42,236 nt of DNA from Macrostomum lignano (lineage: Eukaryota), in contig NIVC01004551.1 in the NCBI GenBank assembly GCA_002269645.1, positions 1-42,236 on the forward strand. The letters run 5' to 3'. Both the position numbers and the translations under genes were made by a program. Under the pieces are notes generated by a model. It was not told where the DNA came from, searched no databases, and saw nothing but the letters and a program-made list of their open reading frames with translations. This document shows, in pieces, positions 13,016-27,300 of this stretch (position 1 is the first letter of the stretch; the number at the start of each line of letters is the position of its first letter).

Positions 13016-16000
13016 ATGCCAGGTCTAGTACTATTCAATCGGTTGTGCTGCTTCAGCTCGGACGATTTGACCTTGCCATCCATTGCCTTGCTGGCTTGTC
13101 ATCTGTTGCAGTGAGTATCAGTATTCTGGGCTTTGATTTTTTGTCGATATCATTGATGACGAAGAAGTGTATTGTCATTTCTATGCCTTGAGCTCGTAAT
13201 ATCTTAGCGCCTCAGGGCCAGATGGATAATCCAGCTCATGGCGGCGGGCCAGATGAGCGAGGAAGAGAGAGAGGGAACGGAGCAGAGAGGAGATGAGAGG
13301 AGAGAGTAGAGAAGAGATGAGAGAGGAGAGAAAAGAGGGGAGAGAGAAGAAATGAGAGCGTGAGGAGAGAAGAAATGAGAGAGGAGAGAAGAAATGAGAG
13401 AGGAGAGAAGAAATGAGAGAGGAGAGAAGAAATGAGAGAGGAGAGAAGAAATGAGAGAGGAGAGAAGAAATGAGAGAGGAGAGAAGAAATGAGAGAGGAG
13501 AGAAGAAATGAGAGAGGAGAGAAGAAATGAGAGAGGAGAGAAGAAATGAGAGAGGAGAGAAGAAATGAGAGAGGAGAGAAGAAATGAGAGAGGAGAGAAG
13601 AAATGAGAGAGGAGAGAAGAAATGAGAGAGGAGAGAAGAAATGAGAGAGGAGAGAAGAAATGAGAGAGGAGAGAAGAAATGAGAGAGGAGAGAAGAAATG
13701 AGAGAGGAGAGAAATGAGAGAGAAGGGATGAGAGAGGAGAGGAGGAGATGAGGAGAGATGAGATGAGACGAAAGTAGAGAAAAGAGGAGAGAAGAGACGC
13801 AAACCCTGAGCGGGCCGGATTGCTATTGTGAAGTTTCAAAGGTCCCGATGGCCGGATGGAGAGGCTTTGCGGGCGGCATGTGGCAAAAAAACATTAGCAC
13901 CAATTTAGCTCCGCAGTCTACACTTTTCAGGAAACAAGACATTTATTTCCACCAGCTAACGAGGGTTGGAGGGGGAACAGCAGAAAATTCCTGATGACAT
14001 TTTGGCATCGCGGGTCCAAAATCAGGATGCCACAATCGTGATTTTGTATAGTCTAAAAGTAAAGTCATATTCTTCAGAGTCAAGATGCCATTGCAGATTT
14101 ATTGCAATAACTCTAGATCGACATACTTTAGTACTTTACACGCGGCATTATTATACCCTTACACTCGTCCCCCATAGAAATAAACGACTTGAGTATAGCT
14201 TTCAGTAGATAGTAAATTCGTTGCTTCAAAAATAATCCATATGGAACTCAATTCCTGCATTAGACCCACCTTATTACACTAGTCTTAGTCCTGGCCTTGT
14301 GTTTTACTTTCTTTCCTCTCCCCCCCCCCAGTTTTATACTCGCAAGGAATTGCTAGCTAGCCTAGCACTGACTTCGCCTCGAGCAGTGCTTTCAATTCTC
14401 ACACACTCTCACATTCTGTCTCCACCTCTCTCTCTGTCCCGGTGGCGACCACCATGTGAAACATTAGGAGCAAAGATTCTTATATTATTTAAATTTCAAC
14501 GTTTAAACGTATATTTAATTTTCCCCTCTCCTCTCCCCCTCTCCTCTCCCCTTCTCCTCTCCCCTTCTCTCCCCTCTCGTCTCCCCCTCCTCTGTCCCCT
14601 CTCCTCTCTCCTCTTCTCTCCCCTCCTCTCTCCCTCTCCTCTCTCCTCTTCTCCCCCTCACCTCTCTCCCCCTCTCTCCCTCTCCTCTCTCCTCCTCTCC
14701 CCTTCTCCTCTCTCCTCTTCTCTCCCCCTCCTCTCTCCCCTCTCCTCTCTCCTCTTCTCCCCCCTCACCTCTCTCCCCCTCTCTCCCTCTCCTCTCTCCT
14801 CTCTCCCCTCCTCTCCCCCTCAACTCTCTCCTCCTCTCCTCTTCCCCTCTTCTCTCCCCCTCTCCTCTCTACTCCTCTCCTCTCTCCCTCCTCTCTCCCC
14901 TTCCCGCCTCCTCTCTCCCCCTCCTGTCTCCCCCTCCTCTGTCCCCCTCTCCTCCCTCCGCTCCTCTCTCACCCCTCCTCTCCCCCTCCTCTCTCCCCCT
15001 CTCCTCACTCCCTCTCTCCTTTCTCCCCTCTCCTCTCACCTCTCCCCCTCTCCTCCCCTCTTTCTTTTGTATTCTCTCTCGTCTCTCTCTACCTCTCCTG
15101 CTGCTCTCCTCTTTCTCCCTATCAGTCCTCCCCCTCTGCATTCTCTATCCTTTCTCTTCAAAAGCCACACAGACAATAGTCTGTCTGTCTGTTTATGCAT
15201 TCATCAATACCACGCCATCACTATGAGTGCAGCAGTGCTTAATTACTATTAAAACTCAATTAATTATACAAATGCAGCAGAAATCAATAGAATAATTAAG
15301 ATTCAGCACAAATTTAAAGTATAGTTAATCCAATTTCAATCTAGCTTATCTTGGTAGAATACGCAGAATTTGCCAACGAATCTCTGTAGACTTTGAATTC
15401 GATGTCAAAGTGAAAGCTTGGATTTATTCGTAGTAGGCTAGCTAGATCTCCTTATATGGCGGTTATTGCGCTGAAACCCTATGCTAGCTAGAGGCTGGAT
15501 AGAGGGCAATCCTATCTTATTCTGCTAGTAATAAATATTCTCGATTAGTTATTTTTATTGATCTCTACATACAGTGGCATAAGCTGGATGTAGTAGTTAT
15601 TATGGCTAGTTTGTTCTTAGCTTAACCCGCTATGCCTGCCTGCCCGCCTGCCTACTAGGCGCTAGCAAGTACTCTCGAGTGTGTGTGCATTCTGCGCTAA
15701 GCCGAGCTTTGCCGAGCCTAATCTTCAAGCTAGGGGAAAGAGCTGAGAGGGAGCGAGGCGAAATTGTGGAGGACAGATTCTCCTGTCTTTTCCCTGTGGC
15801 CCTGAATCACGCACGCATCGTGATGAGCTCGATGAGGGTGCAGGCCTCTGCTGCTGCCACTCACTGTGTTGAGTGCACTCGATAAGAAAGTCTTGAAGAA
15901 TTTTTTATGCACTAATTATAATCTTTATCGGAGAAACTCAGCCCTAGATAGGTTTTTTAAACTGTCTTTACATTTTCTTTGACAATCATGCTTTTTAGAA

Positions 16001-19000
16001 TATCGAGATTTTGCTGACTTGACTTATTGACTGCTAATTAGGCTTATAGGAGTGCTAAGTTGCTTGTTAGAGTGCTTAGGTAAATGATTGAAGAGTGCTA
16101 AGTGGAATGATTGGAGTGCCAAGTTGAATGATTGGAGTGTCAATTTGAATGATTGAAGTGCTAAGTTGAATGATTGGAGTGCCAAGTTGAATGATTGGAG
16201 TGTCAATTTGAATGATTAAAGTGCTAAGTTGAATGATTGGAGTGCTAAGTTGAATGATTGGAGTGCTAAGTTGAATGATTGGAGTGCTAAGTTGAATGAT
16301 TGGAGTGCCAAGTTGAATGATTGGAGTGCTAAGTTGAATGATTGGAGTGCCAAGTTGAATGATTAGAGTGCTAAGTTGAATGATTGGAGTGCCAAGTGGA
16401 ATGATTGGAGTGCTAAGTTGAATGATTGAAGTGCCAAGTTGAATGATTTAGAGTGCTGACTATGATGCTAAGTCATGTTTCCGGGTGCTAAACACCTGTA
16501 GACAGTTTAGGCTATACTGACAGACAGTTAAAGAGCTGTTTTTATATTTTTGCTTTTAGGCAAAATTTCCTGATAGAGACTTCGATTTTCCTTCAACCGA
16601 GCATCCCATTTTGGGCCTGCTTTTTCTCTCTGTGCCAGTGTGTTAGCGACCTTCCTAATTGCTGCAGTCAGTCGGATAAACCCATCCATCCATCCATCTT
16701 GTTAGTGGCATTGTTTACCTTGAGGAATGGAATGAACGTTTTTTTAACATGCCACCTGGCTTGCTGGTCAACTGTCAGGGTATGAGATTTGTCGCATAGA
16801 ATAAGAGTGCATATGGCTGACTGCCCCTCCCCGTAAAGTGCATAGCTATTAATGTCCTGTCCGTCAGCATCTGTTTGGCATGTGGTGGTTATTGTAGTGC
16901 TAATATAATAATAGGTTTGAAGTATTAGCGTCAACACAATTTAGGCACTGGCAAATCTGTGTGTTTTGTGTGTGTTTTTCAGGCTTCCCTCTGTGAGTAT
17001 TAATCGTTACAGTTTGGGGTTTCGCTGACCTGACTGACTGACACTAAGTGGCACTAATTGTCGCATAGATCAAGCCAGATTGCCAAATGTCGAGGGGTAG
17101 GCTTGATTAATGGGGCAGTAATGTTGTGTCTATGGTTTTATCGTTTGGTAACGCTCAAGCAGAACTGCTGTTAGCGCTGGCGGTGGCACGGTGTTGCCAA
17201 AGGCGATACTTTAACTTTGTTTATATGAACGAAGTTCACTATGTAAATTGACTGTTTTAATTTGACACTTCTGTTCAATCGACAATGTTATTTCTTACAC
17301 TTATTAGTTAGAAAATTAAATTAGGTTTAGCAATTCGAGTCTATGGTTACTCATACTGGTGCTTTTTCTTTGATCTAACCGCAGGCTAGCTGGACTTTCG
17401 TCGCTTCTATCGCTGTTAGCGTCGCCGCAACGGCATGTCAGCTTGTACCACTCCCACTCCTATCTGGCTGCTGCCGGGAGCAATGCAACAACCCCATCGA
17501 GTCTAGGAGAGTCGCTAATTGTTTCCCGATGCAAAATTGCCGCAATTGTGTCTGCTGCTACAGTTGGCTTCAGAATATTTTTATTGCTGTCTTGCTGTCT
17601 ACTAGAAGCAGCCTGTGTGATTGCCAGTTGTTGGCGATGCTGCTGCTGCTGCTGCGTTGACGATGATAACGACAACGAGAAAGGCGTCGCTGGCGATACG
17701 CGGAGTCTGGGGCGTCGATGGCATCGATGTGGCACGGCCATGACTCGGCTGGTGAAGACCAGGCTGTGTGAGTGTCTCTTCTGTCTCCCGTGTGTCTCTT
17801 CTGTCTCCCGTGTGTCTCTTCTGTCTCCCGCGTGTCTCTTCTGTCTCCCGTGTGTCTCTTCTGTCTCCCGTGTGTCTTTTCTGTCTCCCGTGTGTCTCTT
17901 CTGTCTCCCGTGTGTCTTTTCTGTCTCCCGTGTGTCTCTTCTGTCTCCCGTGTGTCTCTTCTGTCTCCCGTGTGTCTCTTCTGTCTCCCGTGTGTCTCTT
18001 CTGTCTCCCGTGTGTCTCTTCTGTCTCCCGTGTGTCTTTTCTGTCTCCCGTGTGTCTCTTCTGTCTCCCGTGTGTCTTTTCTGTCTCCCGTGTGTCTCTT
18101 CTGTCTCCCGTGTGTCTCTTCTGTCTCCCATGTGTCTTCTGTCTCCCGTGTGTCTCTTCTGTCTCCTGCGTGTCTCTTGTGTCTCTTCTTGTGTCTCTTG
18201 TGTCTCTTCTTGTGTCTCTTGTGTCTCTTCTTGTGTCTCCTCTGTGTCTCTTGTGTCTCTTCTTGTATTTCCTGCGCGTCTCTTGTATTTCCTGCGCGTC
18301 TCTTGTATTTCCTGCGCGTCTTTTGTATTTCCTGCGTGTCTCTTTTTGTGTCTCACCGTGTCTCTCGTTCTGTCTCCTGGTGTGTATCTTGCGAGCCATG
18401 TCTCTTGTTGCTCTCCCACTCTTTTTCCAGCGTCTAGCTCTTTTTATATATTTTACTTATTTTTTTCTCTAATCTGTCTTTCAGCTTTCTGTATCGCTCT
18501 GGCCGATCATTTTTGTCCATATTTTTCCTTGTTTTCCTTGAATTTTATATGAATTTAGTCATGCCATGTCTTTGTCTAGTTTAAAAACAATTGCTAACCG
18601 CCAAAAGCATTAAGTAGGTCAATTTGTTAATCAGAGAGGGTTTTTCATGTCCATCTTTGTACAAATGTCATACTGCTATATAATAGTCTTCCATACTACT
18701 AATTGTTGCAGTCTGAGTGCGTGCGAGTTGCCGCCAAACGAATTCTTCGGCCCATTGCAGACCAATTAATTCTTTTTCTCTCTTACGAATATTATCAGAT
18801 AGGGCGAGGCTAGTCTTCGTTGGTCTTTTAACTGGACTTTTGAAAGTGCATATACTGGATATATACAGTCTAGTAATCTAATCGATAATGTAGAAAATTA
18901 ACGCGGAAAGTCTATTTAATTTAATGCACTTCTCTCTACCCTAACCCTTCACACACTCACTATCCCATTCACACCCTCTTTTCCTACCCCTTCACACCCT

Positions 19001-20277
19001 CCCTGCCTACCCCTTCACACCCTCCCTGCCTACCCCTTCACACCCTCCCTGACTACCCCTTCACACTCTCTTTCCCTACCCTTTCACACCCTCCCTGACT
19101 ACCCCTTCACACCCTCTTTCCCTACCGCTTCACACCCTCTTTCCCTACCTCTTCACACCCTCTTTTCCTACCCCTTCACACCCTTCCTCCCTACCCCTTC
19201 ACACCCTCCCTAACCCATTCACACTCCCTTCACACCCTCTCTCTACTCCTTTCTCAACTCTCTCCGTCTACTCCTTCACACCCTCTTTCCCTACCCCTTC
19301 ACACCCTCTTTACCTACCCTTTCACACCCTCTCTCCCTACCCCTTCGCACCCTCCCTAACCCATTCACACTCCCTTCACACCCTCTCTCTACTCCTTTCT
19401 CAACTCTCTCCGTCTACTCCTTCACACCCTCTTTCCCTACCCCTTCACACCCTCTTTACCTACCCTTTCACACCCTCTTTCCCTACCCCCTTCACACCCT
19501 CTTCCCCTATCCCTTCACACCCTATCAACCTCTACACTCTCTTTCTACCCTCTTCACACACTCCCTGTACCCTCCACATCCTCTCTTCCTATTTTCTTCA
19601 CACCCTCTCTCTTCATACCGCTGTATCACCCTCTTTCTCTACGCCCTCTTCATCCTCTAATAGTAATGTGTATATTACTGTGTACTGTGTAGTATTACCA
19701 TATATATATAATACCACATATATAAATTAGTCTACGCGTCTACTTTGCAAAGTTAATCAAGTACAGCAGCAGAATTGACACTCTATACTTTTTACCCGAG
19801 TCAGTATTTATTGAGTTCTTCCGTTTCTACGTGTAAATAACGACTAGCGCAAGCCGAACTTTTCATTTCCAGTCGTTCACTCGGTCCTGATTGAAATTCT
19901 AAGAAGTCTCGCAAGCCAAAGGGGGTTTGGGCGGCTTTTTAGTTCCGAATAAATTTATCCAGTTTCATCCCGAGATCCGCCTTTCAATCATCTCTGCGGC
20001 TGAGAAAAACACCAGACCTAAGGGAAACTAGTCTATACTTGCTCTGTTTTAGTCCACTGTGTACTGCGGCAGTGGCGGGTGTAGCTCTGCCCTGATGCTA
20101 CTGGGTTTTGGTGTGCAAATTCTGGTCAGAATATATCTACTGTAGCTCGCTTAGCTAATAGAAGTTATACTACTTTATTATTCTGTTCATTATTTTCATG
20201 CCCGTCTGCCTTTGTGTCTGTATTAGTGTCTCCCTTAGCGGCTGTCTATGGACACCGAGATAAACAGACAGTGCCTT

Positions 20278-20320
<43 letters not shown>

Positions 20321-20361
20321 TAGTGTCTGTCTGCTGTCTGTCTGTCTGTCTGTCTGTCTGC

Positions 20362-20397
<36 letters not shown>

Positions 20398-20417
20398 AGT
20401 CTGTCTTAGTGTCTTAG

Positions 20418-20450
<33 letters not shown>

Positions 20451-20453
20451 TAG

Positions 20454-20526
<73 letters not shown>

Positions 20527-20562
20527 TAGTGTCTGTCTGCTGTCTGTCTGTCTGTCTGTCTA

Positions 20563-20594
<32 letters not shown>

Positions 20595-20628
20595 CCTGTC
20601 TTAGTGTCTGTCTGTCTGCCTGTCTTAG

Positions 20629-20701
<73 letters not shown>

Positions 20702-20738
20702 GTCTTAGTGTCTGTCTGTCTATCTGTCTGTCTGTCTA

Positions 20739-20821
<83 letters not shown>

Positions 20822-20861
20822 TAGTGTCTGTCTGCTGTCTGTCTGTCTGTCTGTCTGTCTA

Positions 20862-20916
<55 letters not shown>

Positions 20917-20930
20917 TAGTGTCTGTCTGC

Positions 20931-21023
<93 letters not shown>

Positions 21024-21052
21024 GTCTGTCTTAGTGTCTGTCTGTCTATCTA

Positions 21053-21105
<53 letters not shown>

Positions 21106-21106
21106 G

Positions 21107-21139
<33 letters not shown>

Positions 21140-21153
21140 TAGTGTCTGTCTGC

Positions 21154-21242
<89 letters not shown>

Positions 21243-21312
21243 TAGTGTCTTAGTGTCTGTCTGTCTGTCTTAGTGTCTGTCTGTCTGCTGTCTGTCTGTT
21301 TGCCTGTCTGCC

Positions 21313-21385
<73 letters not shown>

Positions 21386-24300
21386 TAGTGTCTGTCTGTC
21401 TGCTGTCTGTCTGTTTGCCTGTCTGCCTGTCTGCATTTAGTTTTTAGTATCCGTTTTGGCCATACCATCTGTATGATTGCTCTGTTGCTCAATCCTTTGT
21501 CGCTCTATCCCCAAATGTCTTCACAGAAGTCTGGGGTGTAGACATGGCCAGTGTTGGACTTGCCGGCGGATGTAGCCGAGGACAAAAGCGAATCGCAAAG
21601 GGAAAGTGTGTAGCCAGTCAAATGTTCCCCTCTGCAGTTTCTTCCTCATTTGCTTGTTTGTGGCTTCTTTTTTCAAATCCCGCGGGTCAGCCAGCAGCCA
21701 GCCAGCCTCTGCTGTGGGTGTAAGGGGTTGGGTTGGCACAGTTTAGGACACGGTCAGAGAAAGCTCCTGGGAAAGCTGCTTTGCCCGCGTCTAGTAATAA
21801 GCGAAATGGCGAAGGTAGCCGCCCTGAAAAACCGTTTGCTTAGGTTAAATCGTTGCTGAGGAACGTGGAAGGTTGAAAGACGGGACTAAAAAAGATTTTT
21901 TTGTGAAGAAGGGAGGGTTGAAAAGATAAATGAGTAGAGGTAGAGAGAAAAAAGAGTAGAAGAAAGAGAGCAGAGATGGTACGGTAAGAAATTAGAGGAT
22001 AGGGTGAGAGAGTAGAGGATAGGGTGAGAGAGTAGAGGATAGGGTGAGAGAGTAGAGAGGATAGGGTGGGAGAGTAGAGGATAGGGTGAGAGAGTAGAGG
22101 ATAGGGTGAGAGAGTAGAGAGGATAGGGTGAGAGAGTAGAGAGGATAGGGTGAGAGAGTAGAGGATAGGGTGAGAGAGTAGAGAGGATAGGGTGAGAGAG
22201 TAGAGGATAGGGTGAGAGAGTAGAGAGGATAGGGTGAGAGAGTAGAGAGGATAGGGTGAGAGAGTAGAGGATAGGGTGAGAGAGTAGAGAGGATAGGGTG
22301 AGAGAGTAGAGGATAGGGTGAGAGAGTAGAGAGGATAGGGTGAGAGAGTAGAGGATAGGGTGAGAGAGTAGAGAGGTTAGGGTGAGAGAGTAGAGGATAG
22401 GGTGAGAGAGTAGAGAGGATAGGGTGAGAGAGTAGAGGATAGGGTGAGAGAGTAGAGAGGATAGGGTGAGAGAGTAGAGGATAGGGTGAGAGAGTAGAGA
22501 GGATAGGGTGAGAGAGTAGAGGATAGGGTGAGAGAGTAGAGAGGATAGGGTGAGAGAGTAGAGGATAGGGTGAGAGAGTAGAGAGGATAGGGTGAGAGAG
22601 TAGAGGATAGGGTGAGAGAGTAGAGAGGATAGGGTGAGAGAGTAGAGGATAGGGTGAGAGAGTAGAGAGGATAGGGTGAGAGAGTAGAGGAAAGGGTGAG
22701 AGAGTAGAGGAAAGGGTGAGAGAGTAGAGGATAGGGTGAGAGAGTAGAGAGGATAGGGTGAGAGAGTAGAGGATAGGGTGAGAGAGTAGAGAGGATAGGG
22801 TGAGAGAGTAGAGAGGTTAGGGTGAGAGAGTAGAGGATAGGGTGAGAGAGTAGAGGATAGGGTGAGCTAGTGAGGGTATTGAGAGATAGCGTATTGAGAG
22901 AGTAGAAAGTGGGGAGACAGGGTGAGGAGGCAAGTAAGACGATGGGAGAGAAGATAAGAGAGATTGGACAGCAGAAAGTTGCTTATCAGTCACAGACTGA
23001 CTGTCGAGTGTCACAATTTGGTCTAGGAAGTGAGCAGCCATCCTCCACTAGTTATGTTTGAGCACCGCTGATCCGAATTAGTACTCTTATAGATAGAAGA
23101 TAGATTCGCGTGCATCTGCTGCCCTCCCGACTTTCCAATTCCCTCTTCTTGCCCGCCAGCGTTGCGCTTGAAATGATTTGCATACCGCATCCCATGTTGA
23201 ACCAGAGCCTGGAGTTGCAACTCTTCCCCCCGTCCATAGCCATCCCAGTTTTTTGACAACTGTAGGCTGCACACACAAGAACTTGCAGTCAGCCTATAGT
23301 TGTCTAAAAATTGGATGTTTGAGTCGGGGAAGAGTTGTTGCTCTTCTAGATTTTCCTTGGTTCTCCTTGGCTGGGCCTCGAGCATTTCTAGCCTGGATCT
23401 ATTCATCTATCTAGCCGTTTTGCTGTCTATTCCGCCCAGAAGTATTCCCCATAATCTAATTTATGCGCATTTTGTGTATGCTGGCTACTTGACTCTGCTG
23501 TTTATTGCAGTTCTCCTAGTATTGGAAATTGCCTGGCATCTGATCAGCCTGCCAGTCCTTGCACTGCTACTGCTGCCTTGGTCGCTGCTTCAACACTTGC
23601 CGGAGAAGATTTCCCAGCTAAAGGACTGTTCTGATCGATCAGTGTCTGTGCGCCTATTGGCTGGTAAGCGCCGGCTGGGCTGATGAGGCTTTGCTACATG
23701 TAGCTTTGACGGGGAGACTGTTAGAGACTCTTAGTGTCTGCAGATTGACAATATATACTCGCACGTTAGGTTGAGAATAGAATGGACACTGAGAGTGAGA
23801 AGAGGGTGAGATAGACACTGAGAGTGAGAAGAGGGTGAGATAGACACTGAGAGTGAGAAGAGGGTGAGATGGACACTGAGAGTGAGAAGAGGGTGAGATA
23901 GACACTGAGAGTGAGAAGAGGGTGAGATAGACACTGAGAGTGAGAAGAGGGTGAGATAGACACTGAGAGTGAGAAGAGGGTGAGATAGACACTGAGAGTG
24001 AGAAGAGGGTGAGATGGACACTGAGAGTGAGAAGAGGGTGAGATGGACACTGAGAGTGAGAAGAGGGTGAGATAGACACTGAGAGTGAGAAGAGGGTGAG
24101 ATGGACACTGAGAGTGAGAAGAGGGTGAGATGGACACTGAGAGTGAGAAGAGGGTGAGATAGACACTGAGAGTGAGAAGAGGGTGAGATAGACACTGAGA
24201 GTGAGAAGAGGGTGAGAGAGACACTGAGAGTGAGAAGAGGGTGAGATGGACACTGAGAGTGAGAAGAGGGTGAGATAGACACTGAGAGTGAGAAGAGGGT

Positions 24301-27300
24301 GAGATAGACACTGAGAGTGAGAAGAGGGTGAGATAGACACTGAGAGTGAGAAGAGGGTGAGATAGACACTGAGAGTGAGAAGAGGGTGAGAGAGACACTG
24401 AAAGTGAGAAGAGGGTGAGATAGACACTGAGAGTGAGAAGAGGGTGAGATAGACACTGAGAGTGAGAAGAGGGTGAGAGAGACACTGAGAGTGAGAAGAG
24501 GGTGAGATAGACACTGAGAGTGAGAAGAGGGTGAGATAGACACTGAGAGTGAGAAGAGGGTGAGATAGACACTGAGAGTGAGAAGAGGGTGAGATAGACA
24601 CTGAGAGTGAGAAGAGGGTGAGATAGACACTGAGAGTGAGAAGAGGATGAGAGAGACACTGAGAGTGAGAAGAGGGTGAGATAGACACTGAGAGTGAGAA
24701 GAGGGTGAGAGAGACACTGAGAGTGAGAAGAGGGTGAGATAGACACTGAGAGTGAGAAGAGGGTGAGATAGACACTGAGAGTGAGAAGAGGGTGAGAGAG
24801 ACACTGAGAATGAGAAGAGGGTGAGAGAGACACTGAGAATGAGAAGAGGGTGAGAGAGACACTGAGAGTGAGAAGAGGGTGAGAGAGACACTGAGAGTGA
24901 GAAGAGGGTGAGATAGACACTGAGAGTGAGAAGAGGGTGAGATGGACACTGAGAGTGAGAAGAGGGTGAGATGGACACTGAGAGTGAGAAGAGGGTGAGA
25001 TAGACACTGAGAGTGAGAAGAGGATGAGATAGACACTGAGAGTGAGAAGAGGGTGAGAGAGACACTGAGAATGAGAAGAGGGTGAGAGAGACACTGAGAA
25101 TGAGAAGAGGGTGAGAGAGACACTGAGAGTGAGAAGAGGGTGAGATAGACACTGAGAGTGAGAAGAGGGTGAGAGAGACACTGAGAATGAGAAGAGGGTG
25201 AGAGAGACACTGAGAATGAGAAGAGGGTGAGAGAGACACTGAGAGTGAGAAGAGGGTGAGAGAGACACTGAGAGTGAGAAGAGGGTGAGATAGACACTGA
25301 GAGTGAGAAGAGGGTGAGATAGACACTGAGAGTGAGAAGAGGATGAGAGAGACACTGAGAGTGAGAAGAGGGTGAGATGGACACTGAGAGTGAGAAGAGG
25401 GTGAGATAGACACTGAGAGTAAGAAGAGGGTGAGATAGACACTGAGAGTGAGAAGAGGGTGAGATAGACACTGAGAGTGAGAAGAGGGTGAGATGGACAC
25501 TGAGAGTGAGAAGAGGGTGAGATGGACACTGAGAGTGAGAAGAGGGTGAGATAGACACTGAGAGTGAGAAGAGGGTGAGATAGACACTGAGAGTGAGAAG
25601 AGGGTGAGATAGACACTGAGAGTGAGAAGAGGGTGAGATGGACACTGAGAGTGAGAAGAGGGTGAGATGGACACTGAGAGTGAGAAGAGGGTGAGATAGA
25701 CACTGAGAGTGAGAAGAGGGTGAGATGGACACTGAGAGTGAGAAGAGGGTGAGATAGACACTGAGAGTGAGAAGAGGGTGAGATAGACACTGAGAGTGAG
25801 AAGAGGGTGAGATAGACACTGAGAGTGAGAAGAGGGTGAGATGGACACTGAGAGTGAGAAGAGGATGAGATAGACACTGAGAGTGAGAAGAGGGTGAGAT
25901 AGACACTGAGAGTGAGAAGAGGGTGAGATAGACACTGAGAGTGAGAAGAGGGTGAGATAGACACTGAGAGTGAGAAGAGGGTGAGAGAGACACTGAGAGT
26001 GAGAAGAGGGTGAGAGAGACACTGAGAGTGAGAAGAGGGTGAGATAGACACTGAGAGTGAGAAGAGGGTGAGATGGACACTGAGAGTGAGAAGAGGGTGA
26101 GATGGACACTGAGAGTGAGAAGAGGGTGAGATAGACACTGAGAGTGAGAAGAGGGTGAGAGAGACACTGAGAGTGAGAAGAGGGTGAGATAGACACTGAG
26201 AGTGAGAAGAGGGTGAGATAGACACTGAGAGTGAGAAGAGGGTGAGAGAGACACTGAGAGTGAGAAGAGGGTGAGAGAGACACTGAGAGTGAGAAGAGGG
26301 TGAGATAGACACTGAGAGTGAGAAGAGGGTGAGATAGACACTGAGAGTGAGAAGAGGGTGAGAGAGACACTGAGAGTGAGAAGAGGGTGAGAGAGACACT
26401 GAGAGTGAGAAGAGGGTGAGATAGACACTGAGAGTGAGAAGAGGGTGAGATGGACACTGAGAGTGAGAAGAGGGTGAGATAGACACTGAGAGAGAAGAAG
26501 GTGAGATAGACACTGAGAGTGAGAAGAGGGTGAAATGAATACTGAGAGTGAGAAGAGGGTGAGATGAATACTGAGAGTGAGAAGAGGGTGAGATAGACAC
26601 CGAGAGGGAGAAGAGGGTGAGATGGAGAGTGAGAAGAGGCTGAGATTGACACTCATAAGAGGATGAGATAGACACTGAGAGTGAGCAGACAGTAAGATAG
26701 ACATTGAGAGTGAGAAGAAGGTGAGATGGATACTGAGAGTGAGAAGAGGGTGAGATAGACACTGAGAGTGAGAAGAGGGTAATATTGAGAATGAGAGGAG
26801 GGGTGGTTCAGATTGAAAAAAATCGTGAAATATTATATCTTTGACAAGATTTGATATGACCTCCAAATTATCATTCAAACGCGTATGGTTCTACTGTAAG
26901 TAAGTGAATCAACCGCCCGCTGTTTTTTCTCTTCTCCTGTCAGCCGTATCTGCAATCGATTGGACAGTGGCTCTGCTGATTTCCGGCGCTCTGATCTGCC
27001 TGCTGCATCGGCTCGGCTGCGACCCTTGCCGCTGGCGTCGGTTGGGCGCGCGAAAACATGACCGCCGCGGAAAGAAGCTCATCGATAGTCGCAGCTGTTA
27101 CCATGACAACCTGATTGACGCCGACGGGGATAAGTTAGTCTATTTCAAGAAACTATTGTCATTTCCTATGCAGAGTTGAGAGAAATGTGCGATTAGAAAG
27201 TCTTCTGCTGACATACAAACAGACAGACAGACAGACAGACAGAAACAAGATAGAACAGTGGTTGCTACAATCCATGTCATCAGTGTTCTCACAATCACCC

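Noticed and set aside
13204-13885. hAT-like GCGGGCCGGAT subterminal motifs around the GA array
   Set aside because: No termini or TSD could be defined.
16749-16779. ATG 16749 as the main DAGL start
   Set aside because: Exon 13016-13110 matches the conserved DAGL N-terminus much better and splices in phase; kept only as an alternative.
23654-26878. Three ~1000-aa minus-strand ORFs, plus other long ORFs over arrays at 13.2, 14.3, 17.5, 20-21, 28.5, 34.7 and 41 kb
   Set aside because: They are translations of stop-poor tandem repeats inside introns of opposite-strand or spliced genes, with no unique domain.
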